A program made the position numbers and the translations under genes. Below, piece after piece: positions 35,011-49,409 of a DNA stretch of 64,000 bases; the stretch's first letter is position 1; the number at the start of each line of letters is the position of its first letter. Source of the stretch: Octopus bimaculoides. Its lineage: Eukaryota. The notes under the pieces are model-generated. The model was not told the DNA's origin and did no database searches. It was given only the letters and a program-made list of their open reading frames with translations. Location: the NCBI RefSeq assembly GCF_001194135.2, contig NC_068984.1, forward strand, positions 63,827,036 to 63,891,035, given 5' to 3'.

Positions 35011-37940
35011 GTAATCCTAATAATAATCACCCTATGTAAAAGGCTAAGGCTAAAGTAAATCAGTTAATTTGACTTCAGCATCTGACAGGCTGTGTATATT
35101 GTTGACTCTGGAAAAATTGTTATTAATTTCAGTTGTTGGTCTGCAGATTTACAAATCGGAAAATTCGAATTTACTCCTCACGCAATGTAAACATACTCTA
35201 ATATTTTGATGAAGGTATCCCCCAAAGCAAATGCAACGAGCCATCAGCTATCGCCAAATGTCTCCAAAATGCTTTCTTTACGCAGCATGTCGTTTTATTG
35301 TCTTAGATATGTCTTCGTTACGTAGTAATTTACTTCAATTGAATAGTGAAATAAAACGCAAATTGCAGTCATTAAATGCTAATGTAATATATTCCAGCTG
35401 TGTCTGCATTCAAATAATTTTTTAAAAAATCTTTTTAAATCTTGATTCCTAGTTAAGGGGTTTGACATAGATATCACTGTTACTTTTAAGTTAACAATTG
35501 TCGTTATTATAAAGTTCACAGATTCAATTAAACAAACAGTTAACCGTCGAAATCATTTTTTAAAAATTAGGTAATGCAAACTTAGGTGACTGCTTCGCTC
35601 ACCAGCGCTTCCTCTCTTGCTTATTAGGTGGTCCCAAATATGCAGTTTTTTCATTTATTTAAGAAAATCATTTGAAGAAAAGTACTTCTAAGTAGCAGAT
35701 TGATATACTAGAAATAACATCGCAGTGTTAAAAGAAGAAAAACATTAATGATATAGCTGGAGATACATTTTGTCTGAAAAATGAGTGAAAGTTCATACCT
35801 CAAAATCTCCCTTCAAACAGACTATCTACTAGAACACGATTAACGATCTAAAGAAACATTTTAAAACACATTTGTTCATACATAGACTTTTCCTTATTAT
35901 TATTCAGGTAGTATCCTGAAAATGGTTGTCTCCTCTACCTATTATATGTACGCAGTAAAACTTGTTATTTCCAGAATCTCCAACAATTCAGTAGTATCAT
36001 TGTTTTGATGCAATTAAATAGTAATATCCCTCTATGAAATGCTGTCCTAATACCTCGCTATACACAACAAAGAAGTCTAATATATTGCTGTATATACTTT
36101 ACATATATATTAAAATGAGATTAGAAACATCTTTAACTTAAAGTTGTAATACATATTTTCAAACATTAAAACTAACCGACACTGGAACAGTCTATGAACC
36201 TTAATAGATTGTGCATAGAAATTCGTTACCATTTGAGGGATGAAATGCTTACGTAGTTTCTAGACACGCTAAAAAAAAAATCAACCATCCGATCTCTCTG
36301 AAAACACAAGTACCAATCTTTAAAAAGAGTGCATGTGTCTTAAGATTTAGTCCTAAACTTCCTATGTCCACAACCACATCGGAATAAAATTTAATATGCA
36401 ACGCCAACGTTTATGCCTACTACTGAATATTTAAAATATTTTCAAATTATGAATTTCCCGAGTATGTAAGAAAAATGAAGAAAAGTGGAATGTGGTGGCA
36501 TTTATTCAGATCTGAAGGTATTATTTATTATTTTAGCATAATTGTGTAACAGGAAAGAATAAATCAGATAGTAGTAATGGGCGAGGTGTGAATGAAAATC
36601 TATTCTTTAATTACATGTAAAATAGTTAGCATTTTGAAAACAATAATGCTAACAAAAATATTATCTAGTTTTCTCTAGGGTAAACTATGTTTCCAATCCG
36701 AAATTATAAATAACTGACTTTTATCGCTGAGATATAGTAGTTCAAAATATTTGTCGTTCAGATTTTAAATATGAACAAATAGTAGCTCGCAGGTAAATCA
36801 AATGATTAAAACACAAGGGAAATTTACATTTAATTATCCATTCAGCAATCACTTCTTTTTAAAAATAATGTGTTGCTTCTGGATAATAAATACTCTTGTC
36901 AATTTACTTTGGGAATATGTATGTGGTTACCGAATGAGTATAATGCTGAATCTAAAATTAGAGCTTTTCAATGTAAACATTTTAATGATGAAAATCCAAA
37001 TACATTGTATAAATGTTGACCCATATAGATGAATTAAGACTAAATTGTTTATATTTCGTTTGTATTCAGATACATAGTAAATTCTATACTTAACAGATAC
37101 AGATTAGTCATATATCTTCATTTTGAAACATACACACTGTTCGTAGTCATCATATCCATCTACACTTGCGTACGCGTCTTGTTTTTGGATGGACATCAAG
37201 ACGAGTTGCAAAGTAGCTTTAACTAATAATTCTGATTATATTTGTTTTTGTGTTTCTTCAAGCAAGTTCGATTGAATATATGTTCGATCAATGTTGCAGC
37301 TGTGACCATCTTAAATCTTAATATAGTGTATTTCGTGGTATTTCGTGTGACATGTAATGTTCTGAATCTGTTATAAAATAGCAGTGTATATAATTTGTTA
37401 GAGACGCAATTGCATTTTCTACCAACCAGATAGTTGGTTGTTGACTGGCTTGTAATAATTTTAAATGGTACTTATTTTGAAGATTTTACACTATGTTGTT
37501 TCGAAATGCTACTTTCTCCACATTTAATGCTGGTTCAGTTACTTATCATAATTTAGATGGTAATACTAACATTGGCAAATAATTACACATTGGGAGAGAG
37601 AATTTTCCCAATTAAACTGAATACCGTTTTAGTTGGTGAGACGATGTAGGTTTGATGAACGTTTTTCTCTTTATGATTTTAACTTAAACATAAAATCTCT
37701 TAGCTAAATTTTACAAGTTATTCTGAGCGACGCTGTACCGTTTCTACCAATCCAAATTCAAGGTAACAATACTCTTAGATAAAGAATATATATGTATATA
37801 NNNNNNNNNNNNNNNNNNNNNNNNNNNNNNNNNNNNNNNNNNNNNNNNNNNNNNNNNNNNNNNNNNNNNNNNNNNNNNNNNNNNNNNNNNNNNNNNNNNN
37901 NNNNNNNNNNNNNNNNNNNNNNNNNNNNNNNNNNNATATA

Positions 37941-37971
<31 letters not shown>

Positions 37972-39260
37972 TCTTCATCTAACAGTGTTGTTACCTTTAA
38001 CTGCCTGTATAGTTTACAAAACATTTGTCAATTGCCATTGTAAGAAGTAATTATTCTTGCAACATTGGTCGTGACCGCCATGTACGTAATACGCTTTTCA
38101 CTTTGGAATGTAAGCAAATCGACATACATGCATGACTAGTGACAAATAGACAATTGTAATAGTGGATGATATTTGAAATATGTTTTTATCTTAAAAACAA
38201 CTACATCACAATAATATCATATTTAATCTCTTGAAAATTTCAATCCCCATTATCCGCAATAGCGTTGTGATTCTATAAATCACAGTCATAACTTTAGTGA
38301 CTAGGTATTTCTTACGAACAAAATATATGAAATGATGAAGAAGAAATATCGTTTCACAGTCTTGGTCATCTAATATTTTTTTCCCTTTACAAGATACTAG
38401 AGTGTAATTTGAGTGGACATTTGAGTGATATTTTTAGGACATTGACCAACAACATATAGGGTCTCAGGTTCGCTCAGTCTGTACATATAGGTTGTCACCC
38501 TGGTTCAAAACTCTGCATCTAGAATGTCAATGTTTATATCAATCTTGATCTGATTAGATCAAAATATGATTATTTTTATAAGGTTTCTTTATTTAGTATT
38601 AACTATATACTTTGGGGACATTTTAATGTATGTAAATTAATGTCCAAAACATTATCTCTTTTCATTTAACATATACGCTGTCCTTTCAGGTGTAAAATGA
38701 AAGAAAGCTATTAAAAGAATTTTCATTTGATATTGCTAGTATTTTTCTAAAGGGAATTTTGCATACATTCAAGTTTCTTTTTGTTTTAATTTTAGTGTGT
38801 TTAATACAAGGTTTGGAAATTCAATCGATCTCTTGAAGCGTAAGTGTTATAACCTTGAAATATTTGCATAAAACAGTTTAGATATTTTTTATACATCATA
38901 AACTACTTAGAAAATGTTTGCTTCACTCTAAGTACAATGTAACAAAAATAAGGATGTGTAGGATAATTTTGCTATTAATTTATAGAAATTATTTTCTTGC
39001 CATAATCTCTGCATTGTAAGATTCTCCGTGTTCGATATTTCATTGACTATCAGGAATTTAGGAGCACAGTTTCATTATTTATATTGTTGCTATGTATCAC
39101 AATTTGCATTCATATCTGCGGAAGCTGTGTTACATACACACTCACATACATACTTTCATAAACAGATATAAATTATTATGTCTGTGCCTATGTGTGTCTG
39201 TACACATATTTCTCATATCCCAATTCCACGTTTCAATCTTTATCTGTGATTCTGAATATT

Positions 39261-39472
39261 CACTTCTACACTAGGCACAAGGCCCGAAATTTTGGGGGAA
39301 GGGACCAGCCGATTAGATCGATCCCGGTACGCAACTGGTACTTGATTTATCGACCCCGAAAGGATGAAAAGCAAAGTCGACCTCGGTGGAATTTGAACTC
39401 AACATAAAGACGGACAAGATACCGCTAAGCATTTCGCCCGGCCTCCTAACGTTTCTGCCAGTTCGCCACCTT
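39261..39472 (-). mobile_element. tRNA-derived SINE (family A), full length with 16-bp TSD
   Basis: Reverse complement of the 29893-30109 family; TSD TGTGATTCTGAATATT at 39245-39260 and 39473-39488. Confidence 0.95.
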
Positions 39473-39574
39473 TGTGATTCTGAATATTATTGGATTTATG
39501 TTGTCGCTTTGCTTTCTAAATAATAAAGAAAATACATCATTCATTGAGTTACATTTTTATTATCCATAACTATA

Positions 39575-40235
39575 GCGAGGGACTTGACTGAATTCTTAGA
39601 TTGTCAGAAGGTATACCTTACTCTTTTCTCTTGCTCTTTGTATTCTGAGTTCAAATTCTGTTGAGATTAGGTTTGCCTCATCTCGCAGGGAGTGCTAAAA
39701 TAATGTACTTGTCAAGTACTAGGTTTCGTGGTATCAACTAATCCCCTCCACTCAAGATTACGACCTAGAGTATAAATCGAAGCAATTATTCCCAGCAATA
39801 CTTGTGGCGTTTCCCGGTAGAAAAATAGGAGTGAAACGTAATTTCATTTCGGCAGTTTTCGGTTCTTTATGCTCTCATTTCAAATCCTGCTGAGATCAGC
39901 TTCACCGGTCATGCTTCCAAACTGGCCAAAGCAAACATTACCAGCTATGTACTGAAGTCATATTAAGTGATTTACAATTTTCTCTTACTTCTGGCTTTAC
40001 AAATCTGCTATACTTATTATAAATAACCATAGGGTGGTGGATTGATAGAATAGTTAGAGTATCGGACAAAATGCCACGTAGAATGCATTCCGGCTCTTTA
40101 CTTTCTCAGATCAACTCCAGCTGATTACGATTTTGTATTTCATTTCTCCAACATCGATAAAATTAAGTAACTGTCCAGTACGGTTTTTTATTTAATTGCC
40201 TAGTCTTTCTTCACAAATTCCTAGCTTTGGGACTT
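39575..40235 (+). mobile_element. Cluster of about three older, degenerate family-A SINE copies
   Basis: Recurrent ttctgagttcaaattc / tttcaaatcctgctgag / tctcagatcaactcc cores with SINE-like tails. Confidence 0.55.
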
Positions 40236-40241
40236 ATTATA

Positions 40242-40690
40242 GGCGCAAACGTGGCTCTGTGGTAACAAGCTTGCTTCCTAACCACATGGTTCTGGGTTCA
40301 GTCCCACTGCGTGGCACCTTGGGCAAGTGCCTAGTACTATAGCCTTGTGAGTGGATTTGGTAGATGAAACTGAAAAAGGCCTGTCGTGTTTGCCGGCAAA
40401 TTTTTCTGCTCTTAAAAGGATTTTATCCTTTATATATACTGTTCCGGATTTATGAGCTGAAAAAATATATCATTATATATATGTATATATATTTATATGT
40501 GTATGTCTTCGTGCATCTGTTTATCCCCTCACCATCGCTTGACAACCAATGTTGGTGTGTTTATTTCCCTCAAAATTAGCGGTTCGGCAAAAGAGTCCGA
40601 TAGAATAAGTACTAGGCTTCCAAAAATAAGTCCTGGAATCGATTTCTTCGAACAAAGGCGGTGCTCCAGCATGTAAAAGAGTAAAAGCGT
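40242..40690 (+). mobile_element. tRNA-derived SINE (family B)
   Basis: ggcgca..cgtggctctgtggtaacaagcttgcttcctaaccacatggttctgggttcagtcccactgcgtggcacc... Confidence 0.85.
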
Positions 40691-41024
40691 ATTACCATTA
40701 AACAATTGAGTGGAGACTGGGAAAAGTGAAAATTGCAAGATATCTAGCTAAATACACGTTGGTGAATTATTAAATCGTTCTATGCACTCATTAGAAATGG
40801 CTCAATTAATTAATAGTTATATTATCGACCCTGAGGAACGAAAGGCAAAGACAAATTCTTTGGAATTTGAGACGAGATCGGGTAGTGGGTTACATCGACG
40901 CCAATGATCAACTGGTGTTCATTTTATCAACCTCGAAGAGCAAAGCGGAACTCGGTGGAATTTGAACTGATAACATAAAGACGAGCTAAATGCCACGAAA
41001 CAATTTGTGTCCTTTTCTTTGCTC

Positions 41025-41690
41025 TGGGTAGAAAGCCTACAAGTGGTTTGTGCCGCCACAGATGTGGCATCCGGGCCTTCTGTCCTCGACTGCTACGCAT
41101 AGTTTTGTACCTTGATGTAGGTTGATCAGGTTAGGTATCGCTTCCATAATTAACTAATAGGCGTGTATCAGCAATTCTATTCCCATGCATGACAAGTTTT
41201 CTTACAAATTTTTTGGCACTTCGGAAGTTATTGTTTTAATCTATCTGCCGTATACAGCGGCTGTCACCGTAGGAAGATATCCACTCTTCGACTGACGCAT
41301 GAAGGAATTAGCCCAAGTTCTTCACTTTTGAGGGGTATTGTTGAACTTTTTGTGACTTTCTCTTCAAATTAGAATCTCACCTCAACTACGTCAAGACCTC
41401 AACCACGGTCGACATAAGTTTTATTCCCCGAGATCGGTCTTTGGCACTTTTCAATCTGGGTTTGCGTCACTCACTCCAATTTTCCGGTGTTTTCGAAATA
41501 AGTTCGTATAGAATAATTTTTGTTTTACTTGAGTCATACTATATTTGGTCTCTTGTGTTTTTAAGTATTATTCTGCCATTCTTTATTAAATGCACTTTGG
41601 CGTACCTCGACGTTTTTCATGACACTTCAACTTTCTCCATTTAACGACACATTTATGCGAAACATTTCCCATTATATTTAGAAGGAACGG
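41025..41690 (-). mobile_element. Degenerate LINE ORF1 fragment, same type as 10330-11000
   Basis: Minus frame EAIPNLINLHQGTKLCVAVEDRRPGCHICGGTNHL*AFYP: a decayed CCHC knuckle preceded by V.VE.RRP. Confidence 0.55.
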
Positions 41691-42220
41691 CTGCTGTTTC
41701 GTTGTATAAATTTTTGTCAGTGTTGGAGGTGAGGATAATAGTGATGGTGGCTTTGTAGTCGCCTCTGGTAATGGTGGTTAGGTTGCTGTTGTTGCTACTG
41801 TTTACAGTGTCTCTGCTTACCGTCGTGCTAATATTAGTGGTGATGATGTTGGTGGGGTGGTGTTGTAGTTCGTGTTATTTAAAATTTTATTCTGCCTATC
41901 ACAGCTGCTGCTGTATCTGTTGCTGTTCTGTGCTATTTGTCTTTCGGCCTTACCAAATTGTAATGGATAAGATAATGTCATAATAGTTATTCAAATAGCC
42001 ATCACCTCCTGCGAAATGGGAAGCCTTATTGTTACCTGTTTTAAAATATTAAATTTTAATTTTTAAATCTCAAAATTCGCCCTTTAAAGACGAACTTCTT
42101 GTAAAAAGAAGCAAAGCAAACTGGTTTATTTAGAAAAGAGTTCAACAAAAGTTCAATACCAAATACAGGAAAAGCTTTCAACAAAAATTACAAGCCACGA
42201 ACAAATATCCTCTCTTTCCA

Positions 42221-42325
<105 letters not shown>

Positions 42326-42361
42326 AAGAAGAAGAAGAGGAACAACAACAACAACAACAAC

Positions 42362-42392
<31 letters not shown>

Positions 42393-42413
42393 TTAATAAT
42401 AATAATAATAATA

Positions 42414-42445
<32 letters not shown>

Positions 42446-42449
<4 letters not shown>

Positions 42450-42994
42450 CAGTTCTAAGCAGTAGATCGCATGGCTTCTGATCTTAAATGATTGGAAGTG
42501 TTATCATGTACATTGTTTTGTTTTGGTATAAAAGATGGCCTACAACAAATATTCTGCTCAATCAGACTGATTTGCTTTTGAGTTGTTTGACCTTCAACAG
42601 TTGAGCATGCCTCTTAGTGGCTGATGATATGTGCGACTCTGATAACGAGCAGAAGTACTGGAGAAACATCATAGCAATGTGTTGAGAAGAATTCGTTGAA
42701 GTTTGGACAATTCGCCTTTGGAAACCTTAGTGTTTCGTTCAACATCCTCAAACAAACCTTATTCAGGGACCTTTTGAGTGAGATGGGCTACTCCACCTGT
42801 CGAAAATTCTAACTTGGCTCCACCTGCAAGGCATGCACTGTTTAACTTGATATGAGATCACCGTGTCGTGCATATATTGTTGTGATGCATGTGCCTGGTG
42901 TACCCTTTTCATGCAGGTAGTCATGATGGGTATACTGGGCTTCGTATATTTTAACCCAGTGTGACTTTGATGGCATATACTGTTCTCTACCTCA
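42446..42994. repeat. ~560-bp non-coding interspersed repeat, copy 2
   Basis: Colinear with 34452-35010; left flank (AAT)n/(GAT)n, right flank aataataat. Confidence 0.9.
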
Positions 42995-43012
42995 ATAATA
43001 ATATCATCTAAA

Positions 43013-43115
43013 CCGGTGAGCTGGCAAAAACGTTAGCGCGCCGGACGAAATGCTTTGCGGTACTTCGTCTGCATTTACGTCCTGAGTTCAAATTCTGCCG
43101 AGGCCAACTTTGCCT
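43013..43115 (+). mobile_element. Family-A SINE, 3'-truncated
   Basis: ggtgagctggcaaaaacgttagcgcgccggacgaaatgc...gagttcaaattctgccgaggccaactttgcct. Confidence 0.85.
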
Positions 43116-43133
43116 AGAGTAGAAAAGAATAAT

Positions 43134-43320
43134 ATCATCTGAAAACCTTAGAAATAGCCTACAATCTAGGTGTATTGCAAAAGTCGGCATTACTTTGAAC
43201 TGCATGCATATTGCGTAAAGTGCTGTCTGTCTGAGGTCCTTATTGTGACTTGACAAACAGTACAAACCCCAGGTAGACACAATATCTTCAATCAACAACC
43301 TCACAATATTGTATACGTCT
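43134..43320 (+). mobile_element. R4/Dong extreme 3' end with (AAT)n tail
   Basis: HLKTLEIAYNLGVLQKSALL*TACILRKVLSV* followed by a short 3' UTR and (AAT)n; nearly the same sequence as 50095-50205. Confidence 0.75.
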
Positions 43321-43337
43321 ATAATAATAATAATAAC

Positions 43338-43371
<34 letters not shown>

Positions 43372-43521
43372 GTAAAAACAAGACGAAGAAGAAGAAGAAG
43401 AAGAAAAAGAAGAAGAAGAAGAAGAAGAAGAAGAAGAAGAAGAAGAAGAAAAAGAAGAAGAAGAAAAAGAAGAAGAAGAAGAAGAAGAAGAAGAAGAAGA
43501 AGAAGAAGAAGAAGAAGAAGA
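43320..43521. repeat. Compound microsatellite (AAT)n-(GAA)n
   Basis: Directly visible; accounts for the poly-I/poly-R ORF calls. Confidence 0.95.
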
Positions 43522-43954
43522 GAACACCGGGGACGTTTAACATGTGGAAGCGATAAAACAATTCTCCAAAATGTATCCAAAAACATCAGGAATAAAGACA
43601 ACAAATGGAATAGCGCCTAAAATAACTTGCACAACATGTGTAAACACGCTCGCCACACTGGCAAAGCACTGGACTACACCCGAGTAAGTAATACTCATTG
43701 AAAGTATTGGACTATATCCGAGTAAGTGCATATTGGAGTATATCCGATTAAGTACGTGTTACAAAGACGTAATTACGTAACGTAAAATATTTAATTACGT
43801 ATACAAACTAGTTTAGCATGAACATATTTCAATAGTTTTAAATAACATTAAGTAAGGTATTAACAAGTGCACACACACATATGCGAATGGAAAATGGTAA
43901 CTATGTTTGGGGATCCGACAATATATGTATGAACAATGGTGAGAAAGAGGATTG

Positions 43955-46050
43955 TTTCAACTCAATGAACAGAGATTATGTGATCAAGCTAGCACAATGA
44001 AAATATCTCTGGTTCACAGAAGTAGAGTTCGAAGATATCAAAAGAGGTGTATTGGAAAACAGCAACAGTGGAAATGATGATAAAGTTCTTACTGATATAA
44101 GTAATCTTATAGCAGGAAGCAGAGGTGTGATTTATGATATACCACAGGAAAGGAACAGTGATAGCTTGCTCGATGAGAGACATATAGATGGTCTGAAAGA
44201 AGACAATAAAACAGACATGACAGATGGGCAAAAGGCAATTTATGACAGAATAATGGCAAGGCTACAGAGCAATGGTGGCATTATTTGCAACCATAAACAA
44301 GTTGATCGGTGGAAATTGAACCAAGACACGAAAAATGTGAATGAAATTCTGAAAAACATCACACAAACAAAAAATTTGATTAAGGCAGCAAGTATATTTG
44401 TAGCAGAAAATTTGGGCGTTGATGTCAAGAAAAAGCAATATAATGAGAGTGACAAAAGAAAAGATCCATGGTGGAAAAGAAGAATACAGGCGGGGTTAGA
44501 TATGCTCTCGAAGGCCATTTCTGTGTTAGACCGAAAAGAGGAGGGGAAGCTTAAAAGCGAACAAAAATACAGGGCACTGAACAGGAAGCATGATTTTGAG
44601 AGAAAGGGCTTCAAAGTGATAATAGAGGAACTGAAATGGTGCCTCGTTATAAAGACAAGAAATATAGTAAAATACGGCCAAAGAATAAATTATTTAGAGC
44701 AGATCAGAAGAGATTCTACAAAGAAATAAATGGAAAGTGTACAGGTGAAATGTTGATACCAGATAACATTGAAAGTCTAAGGTTTCGAAGTGACATCTGG
44801 AACAAAGAGAAGGAGCTCAAAAAGGATGCTGAATGGTTGCAAGAACTGAAACAACAGGCAGAATTATAGTCATTTCAGTTAAGGAAGTGAAGAAAATCAG
44901 CAAAAAAAAAAAATAATAATAAAATAGGCAACTGGAAGGCCCCTGGACCAGATGCAGTTCAAGACTACTGGATCAAAATTTTTGTTAAATGTCATGCACG
45001 AATAGCTGCACAAATCAACACCTTGTTAAATGCCGACCAAGTAAAACCAGAGTGGTCGACTGTGGGTAGGACAGTGCTGTGCTTGCAAAACATCGAAAAA
45101 GTCAATACGGTAGACAATTACAGGCCAATATCCTGCTTGCCACGTATGTGGATATTATTGACTGGAATACTTGCAGAGTCAATGTACGGACATCTGAAAA
45201 ACAATGGAGTCCTAACACATGAGCAGAAAGTGAGCAAGCGTAAGCGCAGAGGTACCAAAGTGCAAATCCTGGTAGATTTATGACGAAACTACAATTAGAG
45301 ACTGCAAGAGAAGGAAAACTAATTTAGCCATGTTATTGATCGATTATCGTACGTATATAATATGATCCCACATTCTTGATTTATGGAATGTATGAACCTA
45401 TTTGGTATTGCATCGAATCTTGAGCGATTGCTTGGAAAAAGTATGGCGAAATGGAGGACGGAAATTACAGCATATGGTAGAAGTTTAGAGACAACAGAAA
45501 TCAGGAGTGGCATCTTCCAAAGGGATTGCCTGTCCCCACTGGTCTTTGTACTGTGCATGATACACCTAACACTGAGTCTGAGGAAAGCAAATGTTGGGTA
45601 TCTATTCAAGAGCCGCTAACAAAAGTTAACCACTTGTTATTCACGAATGACTTGAAACTTTATGGTAGAGATGAAACCCAAATCAGTTCCTTCGTTGATT
45701 CGGTGTATACTTTCAGTGCTGATATCAGAAAAAGCGTGGGGCGTTAGTCTTAAAGACAGACAAAATTAAATGTATGGACGGGCTAACGATACTGTCGGGG
45801 AAGATTATGAAGCAGATAGAAGAGACTGACTATGAAGTACTTGGAGATATTGGAAATGGATAAATTGATGGAGAAAGAAGTGACATAAAAAATTTAAGGT
45901 GGAGTACTTGCGCAGACTGAGACTGACCCTTAAGTCGAAATTAAACGGACGGTATAAGATTGAGGCTATCAACACCTGGGCAGTTTCAGTACTTCGATAT
46001 GGAGACAGTAGACGAACTAAACAACTTAGAAAGGCAAGGAAGTTGCTGAC
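43955..46050 (+). mobile_element. R4/Dong-clade LINE, N-terminal region plus reverse transcriptase (pseudogenised)
   Basis: KDPWWKRRIQA, NWKAPGPD, DNYRPISCLP, YNMIPHS, GIFQRDCLSPLVF, NHLLFTNDLKLY (FMDD decayed), YLRRLRLTLKSKLNG..AINTWAVSVLRY. Multiple frameshifts; the RLE domain is absent. Confidence 0.92.
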
Positions 46051-46595
46051 TAGATACGTGAGCAGAAGAAAACAACATAGCATGGAATGTAAAATATGCC
46101 ACTCCTAACGCCAATCACTCAGAGTGTAGTGGGTGCTTTTTATGTGCCACTGGCACAGGAGCCAATCAGGAGGCACTGGTATTGGCCTTGTTTGGTAGCT
46201 TAGACCCCACCACATGTCTAAATTCAAGAACTGAACTTTTTAGATCATGTCCACTTGTGGCTAAATATTCGCTACGTTTTGGGTCTCCCTCCCACCAGAG
46301 ATTACAGAAAGGACTTGCTTTCTATATTGTGTCTATGTACAAGCATTTTTTTTTTATCTCTCTATACTTTTTACTTATATTTCTTATATATTTTTAAATA
46401 TTTTTTTACACATTTTTATCCCAGATTTTTCCTGTGCATGTGCATATATAGACGTGTGTATGGACCTTTATTGAGCGTGTATGTTTGTGTGTGAGCGTGT
46501 TGCGCGTGTGTTTATGCGAGCGTGTATGCGGATATATATATATATATATTAATTCAAATTTTGTTATTTTCTCCTACATATATATTTTTGTTAGT

Positions 46596-47100
46596 GACAC
46601 CGCGTGGCGTAGATGCCAAGGTGTTGCACTAACAATCGTAAGATCATGGGTTTGATTCCGGAAACGGACTGCGCATTGTGTTGTAGTGTCTATATGTTGG
46701 AGGGATTAAGCTAATGTTCAGCACGCGCATTTGGTAATTATAAGCAAATAATCTGTTCTGGTTGTTCAGCAGTACTGTCTTTCGTTAACTCTAGAGACTA
46801 CCATACTTCTACATATACGTAAGTATGTTGTTTTAATTCAACTGTTGAACAAATATCAATATTAACAGATAAGTAAGCAGCAAGCTGGCAGAATCAAGAG
46901 TAAGCCGGGCAAGCAAAGTGCCTAGTGGCATTTCACCCTTCTTCTTGTCCTGAGTTCGTATTGCGCTGGGGGCAGCTTTGCGTTCCATTTTTTCGGGGTT
47001 GATAAAATAAGTACTGCATGAGTTGTGGGGTCAATGAAATCAACTTACATCCTCTCCGAATTTGCTGGCCACGTGCCAAAATTTGAAGGCAGTATTAAAA
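46596..47100 (+). mobile_element. tRNA-like SINE head (46596-46690) and a degenerate family-A SINE (46880-47100)
   Basis: A-box-like tggcgtagatg and B-box GGTTTGATTCC; aagctggcagaatc...gtcctgagttcg...ggggttgataaaataagtac. Confidence 0.55.
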
Positions 47101-47868
47101 GATGAGGCCGTTAACTGAGGTACATATTCTGTTCCGCCGCTGTCGTCTAGCTAATTACAACCTGTCTTGGAGAATTCTTGCCACCAAGTGATTGATCTTC
47201 TATCTCATATTTTTTTATTTCATACACTCTCCATTCTACTGCTCTCCCCCCTCTCTTTCTCTCTCTCTCAATCTCTCTCTCTCAATGTCTCTCTCTCTCT
47301 CTCTCTTTCTCTCTTTCTTTCTTTCTCTCAAACGTAGCGTATTAGATATATTTTTTGCTGTAACAATCACTTAATTTCTATATATTCTATCGACATTTTA
47401 TTTTCAAGTTTATAACATCTATTAAGTATGTGTTCCGTATTTTCAAATGTATTGTGCAAAAAATATATCTCATACACTTCTGCATTGTTATGCTCTCTCA
47501 TAAGTAAACAGTTTTGGAAATATACATGAGTACTAATGGAATAATCGTATCAATGCCACTAATTGTATAAAAACATGAAACTGCTCTATATACTATGAAC
47601 TAGTTTCCATAAAGGAAGCATTATATGAAATCATGCCTTAACCATTTATTATTATATTTGGGATTATGGAATTTTCTTTACCTTTGAAAATTTTAAACTA
47701 TTTGAATTTCGAATATTGTATAGGATTGCTTTGCAAAATCTATTACTTGCTTTACATTCTAGAATGACAACATTTTTGGACTAGAAGAATTTCAAATAAT
47801 ATAATTTCAAATAATGATATATGTGCTTTTCTGTTTGTATTTAGGGACCGTGTGTATACGTGCATACT

Positions 47869-47910
<42 letters not shown>

Positions 47911-48153
47911 ACACACACACACACACACATACACACACACACATATATATATATATATACATATATGTGTGTATGTGTGTGTATATGCATGCGTATTAGA
48001 TTAAAATAAAAATGAACGAGAAGGCAAAGCGCGTGGCTTCACTCGGAAAAGGCATGTAACTTAAATGGAGGATATAAACATATAGAGTCTCTTACACCTG
48101 TTTCTAGAATAGCCAAATATGTGGATCATCATATTGAGTAATGTTTCCATTAC

Positions 48154-48162
48154 CTGAGTATC
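48154..48162 (-). other. Candidate 9-nt micro-exon
   Basis: Minus strand: ttttgatttcttcctctctcatgacag | GATACTCAG | GTAATG. Confidence 0.25.
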
Positions 48163-49409
48163 CTGTCATGAGAGAGGAAGAAATCAAAATGATGTAAAAA
48201 TAAGAGAAAATCTCCAGTCGTGGTTATTAATATATTCGGATTTGTCAAAAATGTGGAAGTAAAATAAGTATGCGTTAGTAGTTCCATGATCCAATACATA
48301 ATACAGTTATAGGTACATATTATGTATGCATGCATGTATGTATATACGATTCACACACTGAGCAACATTCTTCATTTCAAGATACTTCTATTCTTTCTCC
48401 CCATCCCTCCAGCCTCGAACGCCCTTCATTATCCGCTAGGTAAAGATGGTGATGAACTAAAATCTCTCTATATCTCCTCGCTAACTACATAGCTATAGAC
48501 ATGCATTAATTACCAAATTCAAGGTACAAGTTACTAGCTCATACATGATTGCCAGTGACAACTTAGTTGAAATAAATCCCTACAACCCAGTAGATAAAAT
48601 AAAGTGAATATATATTTTTTGCTCTCCGTGTTGCTATTTGCTTCCACGACTGAAATTCTTTTCAGAAGGTTTTTGTTGTGGTCCTTCATGGTGATGTATG
48701 GTGCACGTTTTCCTCGTGGTCGTTTTATTATCAATATTAGCTAAGCTAAAAGAAATAAGAGACGTGCAGTTTCGCATCATACCCGTCAAGTGTAGAAAAT
48801 AAGTTAATAAATTACGAAAGGTGGTCTCAAAATTGGAATTACAAACATAAAAAGCATTAACAATATAAAAGTAATGAGAGAATTTCTAGAGGCACAAACA
48901 TTAGGTATCCTCGAACGTCAATGAGAAAGATTCTGGTTATTGAATGCATTTACAAGAATAAGAAGACCTCTTCACAAAATGAAAACGTCTAAGAAAAACT
49001 GTAATTTATGAAAAGAATGAATTATCTCAAGTGAGTACCGCTATGGTTGTATGAACAGGCTTCTTAAAACCCTTTTGCTCAAACAACATACCATAGATTT
49101 GTCGAGATATTTATGAATATTGGAATAATGATAGGACAATTTCTATATGAAGCAATGAATCATTGGTAACTGCAAAGGAAAATATTATAACGGAGTTTAT
49201 TTATTAGCTAAAGTAATAAGATTAATTTATCTGATAGACAATGTCTACGATGCGAAATTAGTTCTGAATTATTATTTAACTGAAATATGAAGAATAGTAT
49301 AGCAAACTTTCAAGAGTGCTTGTGATATAGAGGAAGAAATCTGTAGAAAAAATTCAACGCGAGACTGATTGATACAAGATATGAAATTACAATTAATATT
49401 AGCGCAATA

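Noticed and set aside
35624-35890. Mariner-like TIR (tattaggtggtcccaaata)
   Set aside because: No matching right TIR or transposase remnant found.
43669-43754. Three ~22-nt direct repeats (ggactacacccgagtaagt-like) resembling a mini CRISPR array
   Set aside because: Spacers are 16 and 4 nt, repeats are degenerate, there are no cas genes and the context is eukaryotic; a small minisatellite.
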